Origin: a virus
Lineage: Duplodnaviria; Caudoviricetes
Reading direction: 5' to 3' (one strand)
Virus record (IMG/VR): IMGVR_UViG_3300048834_000646
Span: 1-52,993 of that record
DNA length: 52,993 bases
Position 1 is the first letter of the stretch; each line of letters starts with the position of its first letter. The notes below the pieces were generated by a model. The model saw only the letters and a program-made list of their open reading frames with translations, was not told where the DNA came from and ran no database searches. The translations under genes were made by a program, and so were the position numbers. Shown piece after piece: positions 7,515-15,597 of the stretch.

Positions 7515-9140
7515 ATGACACAGAAGAGCGACGTAGCGATCGCACCGGCTTTGGCCGAAGTCCCGGCCCTCGCGGCGGAGTTGGAGCAGATCCCGATCGG
7601 CAACCTGAAGGAGTCCCCGCTCAATCCGCGCCAGACGTACGATCGCGCCGAGATGGCGCAGCTGGTGGAGAGCATCCGGACGCACGGCGTGCTCGAGCCG
7701 CTCCGCGCGCGGACGATGGGCGGCGGCCCGCACCTGCTGGTGAGCGGGCACCGCCGGTATCGCGCGGCGAAGGAAGCCGGTCTGTCGGTGGTCCCCGTCT
7801 TCCTCGGGAAGATGACGGACGCGCAGTACCTCGAGCTGCTCACCCTGGGCAACCTGCATCGGAAGGATCTGCATCCGCTCGAGGAGGCGCGCGGATTCGA
7901 GCTCCTGATCAAGGAGCTGCGCTACGACGTGCAGCGCATCGCGGAGCGCGTCGGCCATTCCACCACGCATGTCTACGACCGGCTCAAGCTGCTCAGGCTC
8001 ACGAAGCCCCTGCAGGATCTGTTTCAGGAGGGGCACCTGACGACGGCCCACGCGGTGATCCTCTCGCGCCTTGACGCGGCGAGCCAAGCGCGGGCGCTCG
8101 GCTCCGCGAAGGATCAGTGGCGTAGCTCCGCGATCTTCACCTCGGAGACGCTGCGCGGGCACGAGCCGCTGGCGCTCGAGTCGCGCGGCGCGGATCCGTG
8201 GCACGGCGTGAAGGCCGTCAGCGCGCGCGAGCTGCAGGCGTGGGTCGACAATCATGTGCACTTCAATCCGGCCGCGGAGGATCTCGCGAATCTCTTTCCC
8301 GAGACGCAGCGCGTCCTCGCGGCCGCGAGCACCGGCGACATGAAGGTCGTGCAGATCACGCACGAGCACTATGTGCAGCCCGACGCGCGGCAGGGCAAGA
8401 TCATCGGGCCGCGCTCCTGGAAGCGCGCGGATGGCCAGCTGACGTCGAAGGAGTGCGAGCATAGCGTCGTCGGCGTGATCGCGGCGGGCCCCGGCCGCGG
8501 GGAGGCATTCCGCGTCTGCATTGCGAAGAAGAGCTGCGCGATCCACTGGCGGCAGGAGAAGGCGGAGGCCGCCCGCCGGCAGGCCGATCGCGAGAAGCAC
8601 GGCGGGGCAACGGTCTCGCAGCGGGAGAAGGAGAAGGAGTCGCAGGAGCGTCAGCGCCGCGAGGCGCAGCGCGCCGCGGAGGAGCAGTATCGGAAGAGTC
8701 TGGAGCGGGCACGGCCTGCGATCGTCAAGGCGATCTATGACGTGATCGCGAAGGCCCCGGTCGGCATGACGAGCACAGCCGCGAAGCTCGTGCTGCAGCG
8801 CTGCTCCCATTACGGGGCCAACCGGCCGAAGCTCGCCAAGGCGGGACAGGGAGCCGACGATGTGGTGCGCCTTGCCGCGCTGCAGATCCTGCTCTCGGCC
8901 GCGAACAACTCGTGGTCGCTGCTCCGCGACGGCGGCAAGCAGCTAAAGGAATTTGGCATCGACGTGCGCGCGATCGCGGACGCGGTCACTCCCGCGCCGG
9001 CGCAGAAGGTGAAGGCCGCGAAGAAGGCGAAGCCGGGGGCCAAGGCGAGGCCGGGGGCCAAAGCGAAAAAGGCCGCGGCACCGGCACGCAAGAAGGCGGC
9101 GAAGAAGGCCGCGCCGAAGCGTGGGCGAGGTGCCCGGTGA
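7515..9140 (+). CDS. ParB/Spo0J family protein with histone H1-like Lys/Ala tail
   Basis: PLNPRQ, GVLEPL, SGHRRYRAA, NLHRKDLHPLEEA, HTH IAERVGHS; C-terminal AKKA repeats. Confidence 0.88.
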   Translation: MTQKSDVAIAPALAEVPALAAELEQIPIGNLKESPLNPRQTYDRAEMAQLVESIRTHGVLEPLRARTMGGGPHLLVSGHRRYRAAKEAGLSVVPVFLGKMTDAQYLELLTLGNLHRKDLHPLEEARGFELLIKELRYDVQRIAERVGHSTTHVYDRLKLLRLTKPLQDLFQEGHLTTAHAVILSRLDAASQARALGSAKDQWRSSAIFTSETLRGHEPLALESRGADPWHGVKAVSARELQAWVDNHVHFNPAAEDLANLFPETQRVLAAASTGDMKVVQITHEHYVQPDARQGKIIGPRSWKRADGQLTSKECEHSVVGVIAAGPGRGEAFRVCIAKKSCAIHWRQEKAEAARRQADREKHGGATVSQREKEKESQERQRREAQRAAEEQYRKSLERARPAIVKAIYDVIAKAPVGMTSTAAKLVLQRCSHYGANRPKLAKAGQGADDVVRLAALQILLSAANNSWSLLRDGGKQLKEFGIDVRAIADAVTPAPAQKVKAAKKAKPGAKARPGAKAKKAAAPARKKAAKKAAPKRGRGAR

Positions 9141-9553
9141 GGGCGGCGGCCGACATTCTCTTCCCGCTTTCCAGCGTCGTGTTTCTGGCGCTGGTGCTTT
9201 GGTGGAGACGTGAGACTCGGCGACTGCGCGCAACCTGCGAGGCGACGGGCAGGGATTTCACGCGCCTGCAGCAGATCAACGCGGTGATGGCCGGCGATAT
9301 CATGGGCCAGATGGCGCGCGGGGACGCCGCTCGAGAGGCGCTGCGCGAGGCCTCGCAGGCGTTCCTCTCCGGCCTTCAGATCCAGCGCGACGCATGTCAC
9401 GCGGAGCGTCAGGTCATGGTGCGGGAATACCGCGAGCTGCGGGAGCGCGCAGGCAAGGAGCTCGCGGAGCAGGCCGAGATCATTGGCACCCTCCAGGCGG
9501 AGCTGACAGAGCTCCGCCGCAGGCGGAACATCGCCAGGGTGCAGGGCCGATGA
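9137..9553 (+). CDS. Membrane-anchored coiled-coil protein
   Basis: GTG start overlapping the ParB stop; ILFPLSSVVFLALVLWW transmembrane segment. Confidence 0.65.
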   Translation: MRAAADILFPLSSVVFLALVLWWRRETRRLRATCEATGRDFTRLQQINAVMAGDIMGQMARGDAAREALREASQAFLSGLQIQRDACHAERQVMVREYRELRERAGKELAEQAEIIGTLQAELTELRRRRNIARVQGR

Positions 9554-9930
9554 AGCGGAGCAAGCTGCACGACGATCAGCGGCCGACGGCGTCGTCCCAG
9601 ACCGCCGAGCTGCCGATGTTCGCCACGGTGAAAGCGACCGCGCGCGAGGCGGATCCGGCGTCCTCGCACGACGGGGCCGCGCAGATCAATCGCGAGGGAC
9701 ACGCGAAGGTACAGGGCGCGCGCATCACCGAAGCCCTCGCGGCGATCTGGCCGCGCGGGATGACCTGCGACGAGCTCGACCTGCAGCTCTTCCACGGCGT
9801 CCATACCGCCGGGAAACGGATGACCATGCTCGAGGACGCGCTCTGCGTAGAGCGCACCGACGAGCGACGAATTACGCGCGGGCACGTCCGCGCCATTGTC
9901 TGGAGAGAGCGACGCTATGGCCCTGAGTAA
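9550..9930 (+). CDS. Winged-helix-like DNA-binding protein
   Basis: GMTCDEL...KRMTMLE...VERTDERR...AIVW pattern; ATGA overlap. Confidence 0.6.
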   Translation: MKRSKLHDDQRPTASSQTAELPMFATVKATAREADPASSHDGAAQINREGHAKVQGARITEALAAIWPRGMTCDELDLQLFHGVHTAGKRMTMLEDALCVERTDERRITRGHVRAIVWRERRYGPE

Positions 9931-10126
9931 AGAGGAGCGGATCCTGCGAATCAGCGAGGCCGCGGAAGACGCCTCGACCCTGAGCCACGGCCTCCTGATC
10001 GGCGGGATGCCGGTCGAGGAGGTCCGGCATCACACCTGGATGCTGATCTGGAATCGCCTGCGGGACTGCGGCGTGATCGCGCCGCTACCGCTGCCGCCAG
10101 AGGAGCCGAAGCAGCCATGGGATTAA
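9917..10126 (+). CDS. hypothetical protein
   Basis: GGAG RBS, overlap-coupled. Confidence 0.55.
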   Translation: MALSKEERILRISEAAEDASTLSHGLLIGGMPVEEVRHHTWMLIWNRLRDCGVIAPLPLPPEEPKQPWD

Positions 10127-10671
10127 CCGAGGGGCGGATCCGGATCCCGAAGTGGGGCGACGCCAAGGAGTCCGAGCACCAACGCTGGTGCGTCGCGCTG
10201 CTGGTGGCGCTCGGCTTCGAGTCCCCGATCTATGTGACCGATCAGGGCGTCCGCGTGCTGAAGCATGAGGACGGCTCCGTCAGCGGCGATCCGCGCGGCA
10301 CGCGCACCACGGCCGGCCAGCCCGATATCAGCTATGGCTTCCACCTCGGGCGCGGCCTCCTCGTGATCTTCGAGGTCAAGCCGCCGAAGCGGGCCCGGGC
10401 GCTGGCCGGTCGCCTCGAGCGCGGCGCGAAGAACAAGGCGCAGCTGAAGGAGTATCGCAACGCCGGCGCGCAGCAGCACTTCGGCGCGCTCGCGCGCCGG
10501 CTGGGCGAGGCCGTCCCCGCGATCCGGTATGGGTACGGCTCGCTGCCCGAGCTGCTGGCCTCCCTGCTCGGCCCCTTCACGGTGCCCGAGCTCACCGCGG
10601 CGCTCAAGCGGTGCCCGCTCCCCTTCGATCTGCACGCGGAGGCCTTGGCCCTCATCAGCCGGTCCAAGTAG
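10117..10671 (+). CDS. VRR-NUC-like PD-(D/E)xK nuclease
   Basis: ESEHQ, GQPDI, IFEVK, QQHF motifs. Confidence 0.65.
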   Translation: MGLTEGRIRIPKWGDAKESEHQRWCVALLVALGFESPIYVTDQGVRVLKHEDGSVSGDPRGTRTTAGQPDISYGFHLGRGLLVIFEVKPPKRARALAGRLERGAKNKAQLKEYRNAGAQQHFGALARRLGEAVPAIRYGYGSLPELLASLLGPFTVPELTAALKRCPLPFDLHAEALALISRSK

Positions 10672-10700
10672 GTTCCTCGGGACTCCTTCCCCAGGCTGAT

Positions 10701-11360
10701 ATGTCTCCCGCCGCACCACGCCAGAAGAAAGCCCCTGCCCCGCCGGCCGTCAGTCCCGAGGCCGCGGCGGCGGGGATCCCCGACGCCCTCAAGGGCCGGC
10801 GGATGGCCTTCGAGATGATGAGCCCGAAGCGCTGCAAGCCCAACCCTGACAATCCGCGCCGGATCGATGATGACAACCGGGAGCGCCTGAAGGCGGGGAT
10901 CACGCAGCTCGGCTGGGTGGACCCGATCATCCTGCGCGCCGAGAGCCGCGTGATCCTCGGCGGCCATCAGCGGCACGATATCGCGATGGAGCTCAAGTTC
11001 CCGAAGGTGCCGGTCGTCCTGGTGTACGGGCTCAGCGACTCGGAGGCCGAAGCGGTCACGATCATTCTGAACAACCCCGCCGCGCAGGGCGAGTGGGATC
11101 TCGACAAGCTCACCGCGTCCCTCGGCCGGCTCCGGGATCAGGAGTTCCCCCTCGAGCTGACCGGCTTCGATCGCGCGGCCGCGGACAAGATGCTGGCCGG
11201 CGTGCCGGCGCTGGCACCACCGACCTCCCTCGATCCCGGCGACGGCCGGTACCGCGAGCAATACGGCGTGATCGTGATCTGCGCCGACGCGACCGAGCAG
11301 GAGGCGATCTACAACCGCCTGCAGCAGGACGGCCTCGACTGCCGCGTGGTGGTGACCTGA
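10701..11360 (+). CDS. ParB-like (ParB/Srx N-terminal) protein with small C-terminal domain
   Basis: PNPDNPR, GWVDPI, ILGGHQR, LNN..GEWD; C-terminal YGVIVIC..EQEAIYNRL; start could instead be ATG 10803. Confidence 0.85.
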   Translation: MSPAAPRQKKAPAPPAVSPEAAAAGIPDALKGRRMAFEMMSPKRCKPNPDNPRRIDDDNRERLKAGITQLGWVDPIILRAESRVILGGHQRHDIAMELKFPKVPVVLVYGLSDSEAEAVTIILNNPAAQGEWDLDKLTASLGRLRDQEFPLELTGFDRAAADKMLAGVPALAPPTSLDPGDGRYREQYGVIVICADATEQEAIYNRLQQDGLDCRVVVT

Positions 11361-12514
11361 TGCGCGTCACCGTCCGCAATCGCACCAGCGACTTCAACAG
11401 CTACCGCGCGGCGCGCGTCAAGTCGCTCTTCAACGCCGAGAACGGATGCAACTTCGATCTGGAGGCCGAGCTGCCGATCGAGGAGTCGGACTGGCGCGTC
11501 GGCGCGATCGTGGGACCGTCCGGATCCGGCAAGAGCTCGCTCGGCCGTTTGCTCTGGGGGCCCGAGGCGATGTGGTCGCCGGCGTGGCCGTCCGATCAGC
11601 CGATCATCGACGCGATCGCGCCCGGGGCGGACTTCAACGACGTCACCGCCTCGCTGGCGGCCGTGGGCCTCGGCTCGGTGCCGGCGTGGCTCCGGCCCTT
11701 CCCGATCCTCAGCAACGGGGAGCAGTTTCGCGCGAACCTGGCGCGCGTGATCTGCGACGCGCCGGAGCGCGTCGTCATCGATGAGTTTACCTCGGTGGTC
11801 GATCGGCAAATCGCCAAGTTCGGCGCGCTCGCGTTTCAGAAGGCGTGGCGGCGTACGCGTGGGCAGGCCGTGCTCCTGAGCTGTCACTACGACGTGCTCG
11901 AGTGGCTGGAGCCTGACTGGATCTTTGACACCGCGACCGGCCTCTTCGATAGGGGGTCACTTCGGCGGCCCCGCTTTGATCTCGAAATTTTCGAGACGGA
12001 CTGGCGATATTGGCCCCATTTTGAGCCGCATTACTATTTGACACTGCCGAAGATGATCGCGGCGCGCTGCTATGTGGCCACGATCGACGGCGAGCTCGTG
12101 GCGCACGTCGCGGTCGGTACGAAAAACGTCGGCAAGATGGTCGAGGCGCGCGCCTCGCGGATGGTGGTGATGCCGGAGTTTCAAGGAGCCGGGATCGGGA
12201 TCCGATTCCTGAACGCAGTCTGCGAGCTGCAGCTGCGCGGCGAGGGGAGACTTCCCGGCCGGAAGGTCACGACCATTTTTCACACCTCGCACCCCGGCCT
12301 CTGCGCAGGGCTGCGCCGCGATCGCAAGTGGGCGCAAACGAGCGCGGTCCTCCTCGGCACCAACAAGGCGAAGTCCCGCGCCAGCATCAGCAAGTCGCAG
12401 AAGGTCACGCGACCAGGCGCGCCGATCAATGCAGGGTACGGAGGACACTTCCGCGCGGTGCAGGGATTCCGCTACCTCGGTGCCGAGCGCGCCTGCGCGC
12501 CGCAGGGATCGTGA
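11360..12514 (+). CDS. ABC-type ATPase fused to GNAT acyltransferase
   Basis: GPSGSGKS, LSNGE signature, VVIDEF, SCH; GNAT motif A RMVVMPEFQGAGIG; TGATG coupling. Confidence 0.9.
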   Translation: MRVTVRNRTSDFNSYRAARVKSLFNAENGCNFDLEAELPIEESDWRVGAIVGPSGSGKSSLGRLLWGPEAMWSPAWPSDQPIIDAIAPGADFNDVTASLAAVGLGSVPAWLRPFPILSNGEQFRANLARVICDAPERVVIDEFTSVVDRQIAKFGALAFQKAWRRTRGQAVLLSCHYDVLEWLEPDWIFDTATGLFDRGSLRRPRFDLEIFETDWRYWPHFEPHYYLTLPKMIAARCYVATIDGELVAHVAVGTKNVGKMVEARASRMVVMPEFQGAGIGIRFLNAVCELQLRGEGRLPGRKVTTIFHTSHPGLCAGLRRDRKWAQTSAVLLGTNKAKSRASISKSQKVTRPGAPINAGYGGHFRAVQGFRYLGAERACAPQGS

Positions 12515-13236
12515 CCACGACCGCACCGCTTCGCGTCTACCTCTGCGGCCAGCAGGACTTCGGCCGGCGCACGCTGCAGCTGCTCCTCGCCATGCCGGGG
12601 ATCGAGGTCGTCGGCGTCAGCGCGCCGGAAGTCTCGCGCGCCTCGGGGCGGATCGATCGACTCTGGGATCTCGCGCATGAGCATGCGCTGCCCTGCCTCG
12701 CCGCGGGCCAGCTGCGTGCCGAGCTGCTGCCGGCGCGCACCGACCTGATCATCGCCGCCCACTCGCACGATTACCTCGGCCGCCTGACGCGCGCGCGCGC
12801 GACCCTGGGCGCGATCGGGTATCACCCCTCGCTGCTGCCTCGCCATCGCGGGCGGGATGCTGTTCGCTGGACGCTGAAGATGCGCGACCCGATCGCCGGC
12901 GGCACCGTCTTCTGGCTCGGCGACGCGATCGACGCCGGGGATATCGCGGCGCAGGACTGGTGCTGGGTGCTCCCGGACGACACGCCGGCCACGCTCTGGC
13001 GGCAGCGCCTTGCGCCGATGGGCCTGCGGCTCTTCGCTCGAGTCCTCGCGGACCTACAAGCCCGCCAGATCATCCGGGAGCCGCAGGAGGAGGCCGTGGC
13101 CACCTGGGAGCCCTCGTGGGGCCGGGAGCCCCTCTTCCGGCCGGAGTTGCCCCTCCTCGGGGACGGCGGCCCGGGCCGTCTGGCGGGCTGGACCGTCCGC
13201 CGGGGGGAGGGGGGCTGGCGCGGACCGGTGCCTTAG
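12511..13236 (+). CDS. 10-formyl-THF-dependent formyltransferase family (FDH N-terminal-like)
   Basis: GQQDFG, YHPSLLPRHRG, GGTVFW, DAGDI; GTGA overlap. Confidence 0.9.
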   Translation: MTTTAPLRVYLCGQQDFGRRTLQLLLAMPGIEVVGVSAPEVSRASGRIDRLWDLAHEHALPCLAAGQLRAELLPARTDLIIAAHSHDYLGRLTRARATLGAIGYHPSLLPRHRGRDAVRWTLKMRDPIAGGTVFWLGDAIDAGDIAAQDWCWVLPDDTPATLWRQRLAPMGLRLFARVLADLQARQIIREPQEEAVATWEPSWGREPLFRPELPLLGDGGPGRLAGWTVRRGEGGWRGPVP

Positions 13237-13246
13237 ATATATTTAG
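13234..13246 (+). promoter_or_regulatory. Putative -10 element (TATATT) for the accessory operon
   Basis: AT island TAGATATATTTAG in a GC-rich context, about 70 bp before ATG 13316. Confidence 0.5.
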
Positions 13247-13259
13247 CGGGTAGGCAGGA

Positions 13260-13310
13260 CCGGTCTGCGAGGGCAGCCGGAACAGAGTAAGCCGCGAGGG
13301 CGGCAAGGAG
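13260..13310 (+). repeat. Two GAGG-loop hairpins followed by an RBS
   Basis: CTGC-GAGG-GCAG (13265-13276) and GCCGC-GAGG-GCGGC (13291-13304), then AAGGAG. Confidence 0.8.
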
Positions 13311-13315
13311 TAGAA

Positions 13316-13615
13316 ATGTCGGTCCCCACCAGCAGCATCTCCCAGCGCGACGGCCACGGCAATCTGCACCGGCACACCGACTCGGTAGTCGGCGTCGTGA
13401 TCCCCTACCCGACGGCCGGCACGCCCATCGATCTCCTCGGCCTGAAGCGCGTCCGCGCCACGGTCGACGGCCGCGCGGTCGAGGCCAACTTCGATGGCCC
13501 CGAGGCGCTCGGGGAATCGGTGACCGTCTTCCCGCACGTGATCAACGGCAAGGTCTGGAGCTTCCGGAAGGCCGATCTTCGGCCCTTCCTCACCACCGCT
13601 CGGGGAGGGATCTAA
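13316..13615 (+). CDS. hypothetical protein
   Basis: AAGGAG RBS. Confidence 0.8.
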   Translation: MSVPTSSISQRDGHGNLHRHTDSVVGVVIPYPTAGTPIDLLGLKRVRATVDGRAVEANFDGPEALGESVTVFPHVINGKVWSFRKADLRPFLTTARGGI

Positions 13616-13617
13616 TC

Positions 13618-13881
13618 ATGACGCCGACCGCACAGATGCTCGCCACGCCTGAGAGCCTGACGGAGCTCCTCCGCGAGATCGACACCGCCGCGCACTGCGA
13701 GGGCGTGCATCCCGACGTCCTGTACCGGGAGCTCGGCTGGAGCGAGGCCGATGCCCGGGCCGCCGTGCTCGAGCTGATGGTGGACGCAGACGGGAACGAC
13801 CGCGCGACGGTCAACGTGCCGAGCGCCGAGGCGCAGCAGCTCGCCATCCGTCTGTCCGCGATCCTCGAGTCGCGGGGCTAG
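13618..13881 (+). CDS. hypothetical protein
   Basis: GGAGG RBS. Confidence 0.75.
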   Translation: MTPTAQMLATPESLTELLREIDTAAHCEGVHPDVLYRELGWSEADARAAVLELMVDADGNDRATVNVPSAEAQQLAIRLSAILESRG

Positions 13882-13927
13882 CTGGCCGGGGCTCCGTCTC
13901 GGCCGCTCCAAATCCTGAGGGAGGTGG

Positions 13928-14017
13928 ATGGTGTGGAGATCGACGGTACCACGGGCGCTGACCTTCGCGGTGATTGTGCTGGAAGCGGTGATTCTGATCG
14001 CAGTCGCAGTACGCTAG
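13928..14017 (+). CDS. 29-aa single-pass membrane peptide (not in the ORF track)
   Basis: GAGGGAGG RBS; MVWRSTVPRALTFAVIVLEAVILIAVAVR*. Confidence 0.6.
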   Translation: MVWRSTVPRALTFAVIVLEAVILIAVAVR

Positions 14018-14033
14018 ACCAAGATCCTTACAG

Positions 14034-14052
14034 GCCGCGAGGGCGGCAGGAG
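14034..14052 (+). repeat. GCCGC-GAGG-GCGGC hairpin plus RBS
   Basis: Exact copy of 13291-13304 followed by AGGAG. Confidence 0.85.
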
Positions 14053-14058
14053 CTAGAG

Positions 14059-14418
14059 ATGGGATACACGACTCGGGAAGGGAAGATGAGCGCCGGCGAC
14101 CTCGCGGCGGACCTGACGCGGGACTGCGGAGGGGATCTCGAGGCGGCGGCGGATCGCGCCGAGGTGATGCTCAGGCAGGCGGGGAGCGCCGCCACCTCGA
14201 TCACCGCGCTCCTGCCGGAGGCGGCGCTGATCCTCCGCCGCCGCGCCGACACGATGGGCCGCGTCTCCCTCGCCAGCTCCCACCAGGCCGCGTCGGACCT
14301 TCCGCCGGCCGAGGCCTGCTCCCTCTGCGGGGGCAACGGCCGACTCGGCAGCGATATCCCCTGCCCCGCCGAGTGCCACGCCGCCGAGCCGGCACTCGCC
14401 TCCCGGTCCCACCACTAG
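14059..14418 (+). CDS. hypothetical protein with C-terminal Cys cluster
   Basis: Start reassigned to ATG 14059 after AGGAG; CSLCGGNG...CPAEC. Confidence 0.7.
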   Translation: MGYTTREGKMSAGDLAADLTRDCGGDLEAAADRAEVMLRQAGSAATSITALLPEAALILRRRADTMGRVSLASSHQAASDLPPAEACSLCGGNGRLGSDIPCPAECHAAEPALASRSHH

Positions 14419-14427
14419 CCACCAACA

Positions 14428-14447
14428 TGCCGCGCGTGCGGCAGGAG
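14428..14447 (+). repeat. Variant hairpin TGCCGC-GCGT-GCGGCA plus RBS
   Basis: Same stem with an altered loop, followed by AGGAG. Confidence 0.75.
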
Positions 14448-14454
14448 CACCACC

Positions 14455-14733
14455 ATGGGCAATCCGCGCTTGCAGGAAAAGATCGACCGGCTTCAGGAGA
14501 TCAAGGGCGAGATGAAGGAGCTGCTGGGCGAGGCGTACGAGCTCCTTCGCGACACCAAGGAGTTTGAGCACGCCCGATGCTACTGGATCGCCCATATCAC
14601 CTGCTCGCTCGACGGCGACCATCAGTACCTCGACCGCTCGGCGACGATGCAGGATTCCATCGATGTGCTCCTGGAGGCGCGCGACGAGGACGCGCCGGAG
14701 CCGGCCGCCCAAGGATCGAGCGACCCCGCGTAA
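14455..14733 (+). CDS. hypothetical protein
   Basis: AGGAG RBS. Confidence 0.8.
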   Translation: MGNPRLQEKIDRLQEIKGEMKELLGEAYELLRDTKEFEHARCYWIAHITCSLDGDHQYLDRSATMQDSIDVLLEARDEDAPEPAAQGSSDPA

Positions 14734-14751
14734 CCAGTAGGTCCCCCACGA

Positions 14752-14772
14752 TGCCGCGAGGGCGGCAAGGAG
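14752..14772 (+). repeat. TGCCGC-GAGG-GCGGCA hairpin plus RBS
   Basis: Exact core copy followed by AAGGAG. Confidence 0.85.
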
Positions 14773-14777
14773 TCACG

Positions 14778-14996
14778 ATGGCCACCACCCAGCAGAGCCC
14801 GACCGCCGTACGGCGCGCCGACTGCATCCGGAAGACCACCAACAATATCGGGTGGGCGCTGATGCGCCTCTCGCCGCTGACCGGCGCGCCTGACCTCCAC
14901 GACATTCGCGCCGCGGCGAAGATCCTCGCCTGCGCGGCCGCCGACCTGGCCAAGCTCGCGCCGGATCTCCCGGCCGAGGAGCTGCCGCCATGCTGA
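14778..14996 (+). CDS. hypothetical protein
   Basis: Start reassigned to ATG 14778 after AAGGAG. Confidence 0.75.
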   Translation: MATTQQSPTAVRRADCIRKTTNNIGWALMRLSPLTGAPDLHDIRAAAKILACAAADLAKLAPDLPAEELPPC

Positions 14997-15307
14997 CACC
15001 TCAGGAGGCGGTCTACGCCCTGCCGGCGATCCCGGAAGCGATCCGGGACGCGTTCGCGGACTGGCAGGAGTCGGCCACGGCCGGCGTCCCCGCGGGCGAA
15101 GTCTGCGACTGGATCGACAGCCAGGTCGGCGGCGAGCCGATCGGCCTGACGCCCGACACCGACGAGTACTCGGCGTGGTGGGGTGACTTCTGGCAGCTCT
15201 TCGAGTCCTGGCTCGAGAGCGGCGACACCGAGGAAGTCTGCGACGAGTGCCGCGCGAACGGGCCCAACCGGACCTGCGCCTGCGGCTCCGCCGGGGGTGA
15301 CCGGTGA
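14990..15307 (+). CDS. hypothetical acidic, Trp-rich protein with C-terminal Cys cluster
   Basis: GAGGAG RBS; CDEC...CAC. Confidence 0.7.
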   Translation: MLTPQEAVYALPAIPEAIRDAFADWQESATAGVPAGEVCDWIDSQVGGEPIGLTPDTDEYSAWWGDFWQLFESWLESGDTEEVCDECRANGPNRTCACGSAGGDR

Positions 15308-15597
15308 GGGCCCGCCGAGTTCCGATCGAGACGGTCCGCCCCGGCGCGGTCATCATGCCGCCGGCCCGGGAGCTGTCGCTCTGGATGCGACGCAGGGCGC
15401 GGGAGCGCGGGCTCCTCGAGCCGGCCCTGTACCTCACGGTGCGTGAGGTCGCGGAGGCGACGCCGGACCGGCGCGGCCGATGGCTGATCGTGCGGTGCGA
15501 TCACACGCCGGAGTGGCTCGGCGACTCGCGGCCGTCCGTGTTCAGCTTCAAGGCCCGCCCCGGCACACCGTGGCCGATCCTCGCGGAGGCGACCTGA
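15304..15597 (+). CDS. hypothetical protein
   Basis: GTGA overlap. Confidence 0.65.
   Translation: MRARRVPIETVRPGAVIMPPARELSLWMRRRARERGLLEPALYLTVREVAEATPDRRGRWLIVRCDHTPEWLGDSRPSVFSFKARPGTPWPILAEAT

Noticed and set aside
11360-12514. ABC transporter
   Set aside because: No permease or binding-protein gene nearby; the ATPase is fused to a GNAT
12511-13236. Methionyl-tRNA formyltransferase (fmt) as an auxiliary metabolic gene
   Set aside because: Lacks the C-terminal tRNA-binding domain and the N-x-H Asn; operon context points elsewhere
13291-14766. CRISPR or mini-array made of the GCCGCGAGGGCGGC repeats
   Set aside because: Repeats are 14 bp, hundreds of bp apart and separated by whole genes; no cas genes
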